From assembly GCF_006345805.1 (NCBI RefSeq), contig NC_043013.1:21514001-21578000 (forward strand): a stretch of DNA of 64,000 nucleotides. Reading direction: 5' to 3'. Source of the DNA: Octopus sinensis. Taxonomy: Eukaryota. Positions within the stretch are counted from its first letter, which is position 1; each line of letters begins with the position of its first letter. Below are positions 12,132 to 24,525 of the stretch, piece after piece. The notes under the pieces were generated by a model. The model was not told the DNA's origin. It did not search any database and saw only the letters and a program-made list of their open reading frames with translations. A program made the position numbers and the translations under genes.

Positions 12132-12844
12132 GGATCTTTTCATTTTGAAGGCCAGATTTTCCTAGTTAACTAAAAAATTTGAAACTTCGTATACTGGTAG
12201 AATGTGTCAAAAGAAAACATTATTGTAAACAAAATTGAAAACAAAATTGTAATTTGTAACTTAAACGTAGTTTAATTTTTACAAATTTTAACCAATGAAA
12301 TCCCAACATCTTCAAATTTTAACCAATGAAATCTCAACATTGCTGCGTTATCGATATTGATAAAGAAATATAGCAGTCACATGACACACACACACACACA
12401 TTTGCACAAGCACATAGTAATTAATATATAAGCGTACACACACATACAAATGGACATATACATACACACACATACGCACACAAGCAAAAATACACGTTCG
12501 TGTTTTGCCACTTGCCGCAACAAATTTGGGGTCAATGTTTCAGCGTTTTGGGGTCGATAAATTAAGTACCAATTACGCACTGATGTCGAGGATTTTTTTC
12601 CCAATTTATATCACAGCTTCCGACAAGCTGGGGGCATCCTTTTATGACAAAAATATTTCGCAAATTTTTACAATACTACTCACACTCCACGCGCAAATTC
12701 GAGACCGATTTAGGCATATTATTGTTTTGTTTTTGTTGTTTCTGGCCCTTCAAAACCATGGGAGAAGCCTTTTCAGTACCAGTATACGAAGTTTCAAATT
12801 GTTCAGTTAACTAGGAAAATCTGGCCTTCAAAATGAAAAGATCC
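12132..12844. mobile_element. Non-autonomous DNA transposon, Merlin-like (copy 1, internally deleted)
   Basis: TIRs GGATCTTTTCATTTTGAAGG.../...AAAAGATCC; exact 8-bp TSD AAAAATTT (12124-12131, 12845-12852). Confidence 0.75.
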
Positions 12845-13100
12845 AAAAATTTAATTGTGACTGATTGAGTGAGAAGAAAACATAAAGCTCAGTATTTTTA
12901 AAAAATTATTTTTTTGTCCTTATTGGTCTGGATTAAAAGAGCTGTGCCCAGATTTTTCACAGAAAGGGAATTGCAGATGACAGTTGGCATTCTGAAGGAA
13001 GTAGGGTTAGGTATAATCAAGACTGATGTTAGGAAGTGCAGGGCCCAGTTAGAGAATTGTCATTGGGGCCCTCTCCTCTACAAGAGCTAAGATTGATGTT

Positions 13101-14263
13101 GGATCTTTTCCTTTTGATGGACGGAATTTTCTAGTTAACTAAACAATTTGAAACTTCGTATACTGGTAGAATGTGTCAAAAGAAAACATTATTGTAAACA
13201 AAATTGAAAACAAAATTGTAATTTGTAAGTTTAACGTAGTTTAATTCTTCGAATTTTAACCAATGAAATGCCAGCATTTGAGCTCAAATCATTTGCTGCG
13301 TCTAAAAACTCAGACACACACACGTGTTATTCATCCTTCTCTCTTCTGTCTGTCTTCTGCATGTGCTAGAAATAACAGCTACATCTCTTAAATCGATGAA
13401 TTTCGTCGCCCAATAAAAATATTAACGATATTTATTGAATATTTTCTTTATTTTTTTTTACCGAAAAGGCTTCTCCCATGGTTTTGAAGGGCCATAAACA
13501 ACAAAAACAAAACAATAATATGCCTAAATCGGTCTAGAGGGTGTGCGTGGAGTGTGGGTCGTATTGTAAAAATTTGCGAAATATTTTTTCATAAAAGGAT
13601 GCCCCAGCTTGTCGGAGGCTGTGATATAAATTGGGGGAAAAATCCTCGACACCAGTGCTTAATTGGTACTTAATTTATCGACCCCGAAATGATGAAACAT
13701 TGCCCCCCCCCTTCTGGTTTACTTACCTTTTGTGTAAATTTGTTGCGGCAAGGGGCAAAACACAGAGGGGACAAAGCATGAGATACAAAAGTATTAAGTC
13801 GATTCTATCGACACCAGTGCGAACTCACGAACGTGTATGTATGCTTGTGTGCGTATGTGTGTGTATGTATATCTCCGTTTGTATGCGTGTGTACGCTTAT
13901 ATATTAATTACTATGTGCTTGTGCAAATGTATATGCATGTGTTTGAGAGAGAGAGAGAGTGACAGAGAGTGTGTGTGTGCAAGTGTACGTGTGTATGTAT
14001 CTGAATATATGTGTGTGTGTATGCGGCATGCGTCTGCTATGTTTGTTTACCAATATCGATAACGCAGCAAATGATTTGAGCTCAAATGCTGGCATTTCAT
14101 TGGTTAAAATTCGAAGAATTTAAACTACGTTAAACTTACAAATTACAATTTTGTTTTCAATTTTGTTTACAATAATGTTTTCTTTTGACACATTCTACCA
14201 GTATACGAAGTTTCAAATTGTTTAGTTAACTAGAAAATTCCATCCATCAAAAGGAAAAGATCC
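13101..14263. mobile_element. Non-autonomous DNA transposon, Merlin-like (copy 2, about 200-bp TIRs)
   Basis: 13101-13300 is the near-perfect reverse complement of 14062-14263; exact 8-bp TSD TTGATGTT (13093-13100, 14264-14271). GG termini with 8-bp TSD suggest Merlin. Confidence 0.8.
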
Positions 14264-15330
14264 TTGATGTTTTATGTTGTACACCAGTCCCAGCCAAAAA
14301 GCATTAAGGGCTTCAGGTTTCACCATTAGCCACAATGATTTACTAAAGATTGAAAACTCATATGGAAGTTTAAACGGTTTTATTACAGGGTAAGCATGTA
14401 CATAGGCCCTTCTCTTGGTGCAAGGCCCAATTTGAACAAATTTTGGTTTAAAACCAGCCCTAGGTATAATAGTTAGTGTAGACACAATATAAGAGATAGA
14501 AAGAAAGGGGTTAGTGAGTCAAGAATACCTGCATATAGTTGGGGGTTAGATCCCAGTCACGTGTGAAGAGAAGCCACTGCAGTAGCATCATCAATAGTAA
14601 ATGTAAAGAGCATGCAGTATATTTGTGAATGATTTTGTATCAGTCATTTGGGTAGACTTTCTTGGTTAAGGTCTAAGATATTGCAGTTCTGTCCCAGGTC
14701 TGGGTGCTGTAGCTCCAATCAATAGTTAGTGCCACATAAAAAGCATTGGTGTGGGTACTGGTGCCACGTAAAAAGCACAGGTTTTGGTGTTGTGCAAAAA
14801 GCACTGGTGATGATACATGGTACACCCTGTAAAGTAGTTGGCATAAGGAAGGGCATCCAGCCATTGAAACCAAGCCCCCCCAAAAAAACAAAATGATCTG
14901 TGGAACCTGGTGTGGAGCCTGGCCTTGCCGGTTCTTGTCCAGCTGTCCAACCCATGCCAGCATGGAAAACAAGATGTTATATAATGAGGATGATGATGAT
15001 GAAGTTTTCCTAACCCTGAACAAGGTCAGTCTTGGTAGAGACAATTTTAGTGACTGAAGATTCTTGTGGTATATTGCTCATGTTTAGGAGTGAGACAACC
15101 AGTCAGTCTAGTAGTGGTCAGTTATGCTGTTGGAAGAAGATTGATTGATCTGATCACATTGAAGGATGGTTTGGAAGCTTTTATTCCATGTAATCAGTGT
15201 GGGTTTGCTGTGAGGGATCTCCTCTGGCACTCCATCAGTTGTGTTAAGGATTCCAGTTTATCTGATCGACGGGACAGCCTGCTTGTGAAATTAATGTGCA
15301 AGTGGCTGAGCACTCCACAGATGTGCATAC

Positions 15331-15558
15331 CTATTTCTTTACTACCCACAAGGGGCTAAACACAGAGGGGACACACAAGGACAGACAAACGGATTAAGTC
15401 AATTACATCGACCCCAGTGCGTAACTGGTACTTAATTTATCAACCCCGAAAGGATGAAAGGCAAAGTCGACCTCAGCGGAATTTGAACTCAGAACGTAAC
15501 GGCAGACGAAATAGGGCTACGCATTTCATCCGGCGTGCTAACGTTTCTGCCAGCTCGC
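15331..15558 (-). mobile_element. SINE family A inserted in an older family D fragment
   Basis: Family D-like pieces at about 15280-15330 and 15580-15610 flank it. Confidence 0.75.
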
Positions 15559-15789
15559 ATTGAGAACTACATTAAGGAACCCTTAATGTAGTTCTCAAGG
15601 AGATTCAGTATGACACTAAATGTGATAGAATAGATTTTTGCCAGCTGAGTGGATTGGAGCACTAAAGTGAAATAAAGTGTCTTGCTCAAGGACCCAATGT
15701 ACTGCCAGAAATTGAACCCAAGACCATACAATCATGAGCCAAATTAGCCTAACCACCTTAGTCACATGCTTTCACTGTGAGGTGTCTGG

Positions 15790-16450
15790 GCTGTATGTAA
15801 ATGATGCTTGGGTGTTGAAGATAAGTCATGAATGAAATACCATCCGCTTAGGAGTGGAGAGATGAGAGTAACTAGGATGCTGATGTAAATGAGAAAAGAA
15901 TGATTGAAACTAAATTTTGGGGGCATAGCAAAGGTGATGGCAAATCAGTAGTAGTTTCCGTCATCACAGGCTGCAATTGTGTTGGCAGGAAGGCACCAAT
16001 TTAAACAAGAGGTTGAGTTCATTGTGGACAATTTTGCCCGGAAGTTCCCGTGTGTGATGTGGTCAAATGCTCTGATGTTAAGAACAACAACAGTGTTTCC
16101 TCCATATTCGTTGAGTCTTATCTCACACCAAGGAGTGATTTAAGAGAGATTTGGCTTTACAAACATTGAAATTGTTGATCATTAAGGAGAGAGAATGAAA
16201 AAAAGAGAGAGAGAGAGAAAAAAAGAAAAGAAGACTGAAGGTGTTGTTAATGACTGTTTGTAACTTTTGAAAGGATGGGAGTGCTGTGCAATGATTCTTG
16301 GATGGGTTAAAGCAATTGCAAAAGTCTAGCAATTTCCTATAAGAAAAAAAAAAATTTAAAACTTCCTGAATACAATACAGAAAGAATTCTTCAATCAGAT
16401 TGCAAGCATTCTCTAAAGGAGAATAGTGTTAGGTTGTAGTGTTATTGGAA
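15790..16450 (-). mobile_element. Decayed non-LTR retrotransposon reverse transcriptase fragment (Jockey/CR1-like)
   Basis: Minus-strand remnants GGNTVVVLNIRAFDHITH (LDxxKAFD-like) and FLIYI...LHS*ADG (YADD-like); heavily mutated. Confidence 0.5.
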
Positions 16451-16567
16451 CACTTCAATTTGGTAACAAAGAACCTCATGGCAGAAAGCCTCTGCTTCGA
16501 TGGAGAGTTATTCCTAAAATTGTTAAATGGTCTTTTGATTGCTGTCAATGGTTTTGTTAATGGCAAT

Positions 16568-16871
16568 CGGTGGCACGTAAAAAGCACCATCCGATCGTGG
16601 CCATTGCCAGCCCCGCCTGGCCCCCGTGCCGGTGGCACGTAAAAAGCACCATCCGTCCGTGGCCGTTTGCCAGCTCCGTCTGGCACCTGTGCAGGTGGCA
16701 TGTAAAAAGCACCCACTATACTCACGGAGCGGTTGGCGTTAGGAAGGGCATCCAGTCGTAGAAACACTGCCAGATCAGACTGGGCCTGATGCAGCCTTCT
16801 GGCTTCCCAGACCCCAGTTGAACCGTCCAACCCATGCTAGCATGGAAAGCGGACGCTAAATGATGATGATG
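16568..16871 (+). mobile_element. Family C RTE 3' end
   Basis: Three GGTGGCA(C/T)GTAAAAAGCACC modules, core, and CGGACGCTAAATGATGATGAT tail. Confidence 0.8.
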
Positions 16872-17059
16872 AATGCTAAATGTCAACTAATAGGGATATT
16901 TTGATGGAAGGGTGCTTCAGCTATCATGGGTTTCAATTCATAATGGAATGTAAGGGAATCATCTGACAAAGTGATGGTTAGTCTTTCATATAGTATCATT
17001 GTATTATTTGGCAGTGAAGTTTCTGATGGCCAAATTACAAATTAGAAATAAGTCAAGTG

Positions 17060-17290
17060 TATCTACAATTAAAAGATGATGAAATATTCCATCCTATGGT
17101 TGTGGAACTTTCTGGAGGGAAGCGCAATCTTTCAGGATGATAATGCACCAATTCACACAGCTAAAGTTTTTACTGAATGTCATGAGGAACATTCTAGTGA
17201 AGTTGAACATCTTATCTGGCCACCACAGTCCCCAGATCTCAATATAATTGAACATTTATGGTGCATTTTAGAAAAATGAATAAGGAGTCG
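17060..17290 (+). mobile_element. Tc1 transposase C-terminal fragment
   Basis: ORF 17076-17279 contains IFQDDNAPIHTA and WPPQSPDLNIIEHLW. Confidence 0.85.
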
Positions 17291-17497
17291 ATATATATAT
17301 ATAGTAGGTACTGTAAATTTAGGGTGAATACTTGATAAGTGTAAGCACCTGTATATGCCAGATAGTGGCAGAGGTGAGTGAGAATATATCAAATAAAATT
17401 AAAAACAGAACACAAAGGATATTGCGTGGATTGTTTATAAAGCTTGAAACACATGTACTGCGATATCCTTTGTGTTCTGTTTTTAATTTTATTTGAT

Positions 17498-17530
<33 letters not shown>

Positions 17531-17544
17531 GATTTTTGTATGTA

Positions 17545-17574
<30 letters not shown>

Positions 17575-17575
<1 letters not shown>

Positions 17576-18125
17576 TATTGTACGTAAAAAGCACTATCCG
17601 ACTCGTGGCCGTGGCACGTAAAATACTCCAATGCGACCGTACGACAGGCACCCATGCCAACCCCCTTTGCTTGTGAAGACGGCACGTAAAATACTCCAAT
17701 GCGACCGTACGACAGGCACCCATGCCAACCCCCTTTGCTTGTGAAGACATGTTGGGGCAAGCGAAATCGAAATCAACCAGCCAGGATCCCTGGTCTGGTG
17801 GTACGTAAAAAGCACTATCCGACTCGTGGCCGATGCCAGCACCACCTCGACTGGCTTCCGTGCCGGTGGCACATAAAATACACCAATCTGACCGTGGCCG
17901 TTGCCAGCCTCGCCTGGCACCTGTGCAGGTGGCACGTAAAAAGAACCCACTACACTCACGGAGTGGTTGGCGTTAGGAAGGGCATCCAGCTGTAGAAACA
18001 TTGCCAGATTAGACTGGAGCCTGGTGCAGCCTTCTGGCTTCCCAGAACCCCGGTCGAACCGTCCAACCCATGCTAGCATGGAGAACGGACGTTAAACGAT
18101 GATGATGATGATGATGATGATGATG
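17575..18125 (+). mobile_element. Young family C RTE 3' end with 68-bp internal duplication
   Basis: Near-identical to 35143-35497; duplicated unit starts at 17613 and 17681. Confidence 0.8.
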
Positions 18126-19477
18126 GGCTTCTTTCAGTTTCGATCTATCAAACCCACTCACATGGCTTTGGTCGGTCTTAGTAGAAAACACTTGCTGAAG
18201 GTTCCACGCAGTAGAACTGAACCTGGAACCATGTGGTTGGGGAGCAAGCTTCTTGCCACACACCCACGCATGTGCCTGTATGATTGCTTGGTTTTTCAAT
18301 GACATTGTAGGGTATGTGTGAGAAGCCATGTCTGGCCAGTTTGAATATAAAACAGGTAGAATTATCAGGCCAGGTATGGCTGGTCTAAACGCTAGATGGT
18401 TAAACCAACTGTACCCAGCCTAATTATCCCACCTGGTTTATGTTCATACTGGCTAGTTTTGACCTCTGCACACCTTAGTCTATAATGTCATTCTAAAAAT
18501 AATTCAAAATTCAAAACAATCTGAAACAAGGAAAGAGAGTAAAGAAGCATTATATTTACTAGTGTAATCTGAATGCAAATGGGTTAAATGGCTTAAAAGT
18601 GGCTTAAAATAGTTATTGATTTTAAAATTTGGTAGGGAAACATAATCCTTGGAATTCTTGATTGCATTTGTAACCAAATTTCCTGGACCGTCGCGACCTG
18701 GGAATCTCTAAAGAGAAGCTATATTGCTCAACTGCACTTAGTTGTGTATGTTGAGGAAGAATGCATGGTAGGAAGATCTTGGAGGTGGTCTTGTGCCAGA
18801 TGAGGAAAGGTTGGAGTGTAACGGAAACAGGTGCCTTGCTGTAAAGGAAATACATGGCTGCCTGGTCAGAGAGAGAGATCATGAGTGAGGAGAGAAACAG
18901 GTGTGTTGTATGATAAACAGGTGTGCTGACTGGTGTGGGGGACCCAGTGGTGTTGAAGTGAAGGGAGATGTCATAGCTTCTTGGAAGATCAGGTCTGTGG
19001 GTGTGGGTCACTACTGATTGTTGAAAACAAACTTTACTTACCCATAATATAAACAGCTTGTAGGTGGAGTGAAGAATGTTACATGAGTTCACTTTAACTC
19101 TGGGAAGTCACGAAGAGCTTTAAAATTGTGTAAATTATGTAATTTATGTAATCTCTGACATTGAGGATTCTGCAGCATGAAGGAATCTCTGAGCCAGTTT
19201 TAATTCTAGATTGAAAGTAATTCATTTTATTTATACTAATAGTACAATTGTAAAAAAACTAAACCGTGACCCAGTCTCCAGTCTGTCTGTCTTTCTAACT
19301 TCCTTTCTATGTATTCACATGATTACACTCCTCATTAATAATTATGCTATCTGTAAAATTTATGTAAATATCTAATTCAAACTCTTCAACTCTTTTTCTC
19401 TCACTTATCACAAATGATTGAGATAATTTAATGACACCTGACCTAAACTGCAGGATGTGTGTTGGGCAAGAATAACA

Positions 19478-22044
19478 CTAGCAGTATAGCCCGGCGTTGC
19501 CTGGGCTTAAGTTAGGATTATTAAGCTAATCAAGCGCTTTCTTTCAAACCAAACTAAGTAACACTGACGTCGTATTTGAGCAAAATCTGTTGAAATTGGT
19601 AAACGTTTGGCTGAAAATGGGTTGCAGACAATTTGATTGGGAAATCCCATAAGGAATCGGTTTATTAATTTTTTTTCCACTCATCGAATGTTTTTTTGTT
19701 TTTTGTTTTTGGAGAACTTAAAGCATTCAAAGATTCCACGAGTCCTAAGCAACGCTGGCATCAAGTTTTAACAAAATACATCAAAATTGGTAAAAGTTGT
19801 GGTTGAAAATGGGGTGTTGCCAATTTTAGTGAGAAATCCTATAAGGATTCGGTTCATCGATTTTTCATCCTGATTGAATGGAAAACCACATAAGGAATCA
19901 GTTTATTGATTTTTCACCTTAAATAGGACTTAACCGAACACAACATTGCTGGTTCAAAAAAAGAGTCTATATTTATTACTTTAAAGGACTACTGTAATAA
20001 ATCATTGAATCTGAGAGGGAAATGTGTTGAATGAAATCGTAATTAACTGATCCTCCTATATTTTCAGTACCCCCTCGTATATCATCATCATCATCATCAT
20101 CATCGTTTAACGTCCGTTTTCCGCGCTAGCACGGGTTGGGCGGTTTCGACCGGGGTCTGGGGAGCCAGGGGCTGCCCCAGGCTCCAGTCTGGTCTGGCAG
20201 TGTTTCTACAGCTGGATGCCCTTCCTAACGCCAACCACTCCGCGTGTGTAGTGGGTGCTTTTTACGTGCCACCTGCACAGGTGCCAGAGGGGTCTGGCAT
20301 CGGCCACGGTCAGTTGGTGCTTTTTATGTGCCACCTGCACAGAAGCCAGTCGGGGCGGTGCTGGCATCGGCCACGTTCGGATGGTGCTTTTTATGTGGGG
20401 GGAGGGTGCAGAAATACGATGACAGGTTCTAGACAAGTAGAACGTAGGGTATCACGAGAGGGGTAATGCATGGTGAAATAGCGTATTGAAGAGGGGGGTT
20501 CGAAGAGTAGACACCTATAATGGTGGTGGGAGAAGCGACATCCGGTATAGATGGAGCAAAAATATAGAGATATCCGGTATTGTTATTGGTGGTGGGGGTG
20601 GCAAGGGCGGGTGCACCGGGAATATGCGAAGGTTGAACTTGACGGGCTGGCTTAAAAATGCTCTTAGCAATGGAAGGGGGGAAAGGAAGAGGGGGGAGGG
20701 CATACAACGTAAAAGAGGGAGAGAGAGAGAGAGAAGGGAATAGTGGAACCCCGCGAAAATCGGCCGCCATTGAAAAAATCCTATATGGAGAAACTCAAAT
20801 ATCTATTCTGTATTTAGCGAGACACGAGGCCGGAAAACCGATGGTCAACAATAACTAATAAATTATACAGAATATGCAATACGAGGCGAAATAATAATAC
20901 TAATAAACAAGGGTCAAAGGGATAATACTAATACTAATAATAATAATAATAATAATAAACAGCTTAACCACTAGAGATCAGACAAATTTGCATGAGAATA
21001 TTACTGGTACAGATTTCGGGATGAATTAGATTAGAAAGATTTTCTTATCTTGGGAACATTTCGTTTTTCGGCCTGACATGGCGAATATGCGAGGTTAAAC
21101 TTGACGGCTGGCTTAAAAATGCTCTTAGCAATGGAAGGGGGGAAAGGAAGAGGGGGGAGGGCATACAACGTAAAAGAGGGAGAGAGAGAGAGAGAAGGGA
21201 ATAGTGGAACCCCGCGAAAATCGGCCGCCATTGAAAAAATCCTATATGGAGAAACTCAAATATCTATTCTGTATTTAGCGAGACACGAGGCCGGAAAACC
21301 GATGGTCAACAATAACTAATAAATATACAGAATATGCAATACGAGGCGAAATAATAATACTAATAAACAAGGGTCAAAGGGATAATACTAATACTAATAA
21401 TAATAATAATAATAATAAACAGCTTAACCACTAGAGATCAGACAATTTGCATGAGAATATTACTGGTACAGATTTCGGGATGAATTAGATTAGAAAGATT
21501 TTCTTATCTGGGAACATTTCGTTTTTCGGCCTGACATGGCGAATATGCGAGGTTAAACTTGACGGGCTGGCTTAAAAATGCTCTTAGCAATGGAAGGGGG
21601 GAAAGGAAGAGGGGGGGAGGGCATACAACGTAAAAGAGGGAGAGAGAGAGAGAGAAGGGAATAGTGGAACCCCGCGAAAATCGGCCGCCATTGAAAAAAT
21701 CCTGTATGGAGAAACTCAAATATCTATTCTGTATTTAGCGAGACACGAGGCCGGAAAACTGATGGTCAACAATAACTAATAAATTATACAGAATATGCAA
21801 TACGAGGCGAAATAATAATACTAATAAACAAGGGTCAAAGGGATAATACTAATACTAATAATAATAATAATAAACAGCTTAACCACTAGAGATCAGACAA
21901 ATTTGCATGAGAATATTACTGGTACAGATTTCGGGATGAATTAGATTAGAAAGATTTTCTTATCTTGGGAACATTTCGTTTTTCGGCCTGACACGGCGAA
22001 TATGCGAGGTTGAACTTGACGGGCTGGCTTATATATATATATAT
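19478..22044 (-). mobile_element. Non-autonomous Helitron carrying a 460-bp tandem array and a nested family C copy (20082-20395)
   Basis: 3' end A|CTAGCAGTATAGCCCGGCGTTGCCTGGGC (hairpin plus CTAG-T on minus), the same end family as 24667-25029 and 30188-30549. The 5' end is presumed to lie in the (TA)n at 22031-22044; TC terminus not seen. Confidence 0.6.
20620..22030. repeat. Tandem repeat, about 460-bp unit, 3 copies plus 33-bp partial
   Basis: GAATATGCG recurs at 20620, 21083, 21541, 21998; units near-identical. Confidence 0.95.
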
Positions 22045-22208
22045 AATTAAAATCTTAGGGTAGCAAGAATATTTATTGAAAAAATTCTTAGTTACCAGTG
22101 GTCTAGTGAGAAGGAAAAAATTTAGTCAATAGACTATACATTATTCAGAGAAAAATACAGTGTACATTCAAACACATAAGAGATACCCTGGAAATAGGAT
22201 ATCTCATA

Positions 22209-22256
<48 letters not shown>

Positions 22257-22277
22257 ATATATATATATATATATGTG

Positions 22278-22324
<47 letters not shown>

Positions 22325-22370
22325 TGGAGGCTAATGACTGAAACAAGTAAAAAATATAATATATATATAT

Positions 22371-22402
<32 letters not shown>

Positions 22403-22832
22403 CTTTATTTAAAAGCACCAGAAAATTCAACAAAACCTGTTACTCTGAGTTTCACGTTCCCGTTCGTCGGACAGTTTTTACTCCGGTATATATATATATA
22501 TATATACACACATATATATATACACACATATATATATATCTTATATTTTTTACTTGTTTCAGTTATTAGTCTGCAGCCATGCTTGGGTACTGCCCTGGAG
22601 AAGTTTTTAATCAAATGAATCAATTCATTTTAGTATAATCATTTCTTAAATATAGCCATGAAACACGTGTCGTTATTCTACCAAATATATACGTTTTTAT
22701 TATTATTTTGCAATTTACTTAATCATCAGTATATTATTGTTATTTTATTTTTAATATTTCTATTATATGTAATATTCTAGATGGTGTAATTTAATTGTTC
22801 ATTTTGAATTGATAAAAGGTGGTTTTTTTCTA

Positions 22833-22872
<40 letters not shown>

Positions 22873-22942
22873 GAAACCTAAATTGTGTGTATTTTCAGAG
22901 TAGTCTAACACTACTGAAGTAGGTGTTGTGCTTCTATTTCAG

Positions 22943-23020
22943 GGAAACGGAAGGGGTCCCCAGCACAGCAATTCGAGAGATTTCTTTACTTAGAGAGTTG
23001 ACACACCACAATGTTGTACA
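22943..23020 (+). CDS. CDK2: CDK2 coding exon 2 (78 nt), PSTAIRE helix
   Basis: Acceptor TTCTATTTCAG|G; (A)[25 protein letters not shown](Q); donor CA|GTAAGT. Phase matches exons 1 and 3. Confidence 0.97.
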
Positions 23021-23814
23021 GTAAGTAATTGTTTAGTTGATGATGATGATGATGATGATGATGATCAATGTATTGGATGTTGTTTTTAAGAGCACAGACC
23101 TTGTTTACTTCAGTTTCCACCCTGGGTGGCACACTGTCCACCTTGTGCTTAATAGTTATGAGTAAGCTAAGGCTGTGTGAGCTGGCTGAATCGCTAGCAT
23201 GCTGGGTAAAATGCTTGGCAGCATTTCAGCTGTCTTTGTGTTCTGAGTTCAAATCCTGCTGAGGTCGACTCCACCTTTTATCCTTTCAGGCATCAATAAT
23301 GATGCCAATAAAATAGTAATTGCAGTTTAGCCCCGGGTCGGTCCTTATCCAGAAGACCTATAAGCAAAGGTATTCCAACAGTGACCATCCCTTTGTTGGA
23401 ATAACACTACATACATTGACGTGTCCTTTCTTAAGACAGATATAACCTGAAGGAATTTGTAGCTATTTCTAGCAATTGGAATGACTTCATAGAGGCTCCT
23501 TCTTTAGTCGGGGATGTTGAGTGAAACCAGTATCTTGGTATTTGTGGAAATTATCTGTTCTTAGAGAACAACATGTATTTATCATGTGCCAGGGCACGTT
23601 AATGAATGTTACCTTTGTTCTAATATACCTGGCTGTTATCTTTTAACACAGGCTCCCAACTATTGGGCCACAGCCCAGTTCCATACTACAGGTCATTTGA
23701 TACTTGGCCACAAAGAAAGAATGAATTTAAAAATTTTATTTCTATTTTATTTACAACCTCAGTCCACAGAGTGATTTTTGCATTACATATGTAATATATA
23801 TGTATTATGTATCA

Positions 23815-24394
23815 AGGCAGCGAACTGGCAGAATCGTTAAAACGCCGGGTGAAATGCTTTTCGGTATTTTGTCTGCTGTTATGTTCTGAGTTCAAATTCC
23901 ACCAAGGTTGACTTTGCCTTTCATCCTTTCAGGGTCGATTAAATAAGTACCAGTTACGCACTGGGGTCGATATAATCGACTTAATCCGTTTGTCTTTGTT
24001 CGTCCTCTCTGTGTTTAGCCCCTTGTGGGTAGTAAAGAAATAGGTATTTTGTCTGCCGTTATGTTCTGAGTTCAAATTTCGCCGAGGTTTACTTTGCCTT
24101 TCATCCTTTCAGGGTCGATTAAATAAGTAGCAGTTATGCACTGGGGTCGATGTAATCTATTTAATCCCTTTGTCCTTGTTCATCCTCTCTGTGTTTAGCC
24201 CCTTGTGGGTAGTAAAGAAATAGGTATTTTGTCTGCCGTTATGTTCTGAGTTCAAATTTCGCCGAGGTTGACTTTGCCTTTCATCCTTTCAGGGCTGATT
24301 AAATAAGTACCAGTTATGCACTGGGCTCGATGTAATCGACTTAATCCCTTTGTCCTTGTTTGTCCTTCAGCCCCGTGTGGGCAGTAAAGAAATA
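23815..24394 (+). mobile_element. SINE family A, head-to-tail trimer (180-bp period)
   Basis: GGTATTTTGTCTG at 23863, 24043, 24223; only the first unit keeps the 5' head. Confidence 0.9.
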
Positions 24395-24525
24395 AATATA
24401 TATGTATTATATATTATGCACTTTATTCTGTTTAGTTACACATGTGATCCCCAAGTCTGCAGAAAAATTGCCTTGCCTGAAACTGGTTTGTGATTCAAAA
24501 ATGGTTAGGGACCATTGTTCTAACA

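Noticed and set aside
16700-16770. Twister or HDV-like ribozyme in the family C core (GGAGTGGTTGGCGTTAGGAAGGGCATCC)
   Set aside because: RTE elements often carry such ribozymes, but I could not fit the required pseudoknots by hand; only a CACTC/GAGTG hairpin. An Infernal search would be needed.
18622-19092. 156-aa minus-strand ORF as a gene
   Set aside because: Weakly resembles a decayed LINE ORF2 C-terminus; too degenerate to call.
19472-19481. Shared ATAACA flank at Helitron ends 19478 and 30188 as a target preference
   Set aside because: Only two cases; the third copy (25029) has a different flank.
20429-21719. Repeated ORFs MAADFRGVPLFPSLSL... in the 460-bp array
   Set aside because: They include (GA)n and G-run low complexity and change frame between units; no recognisable domain.
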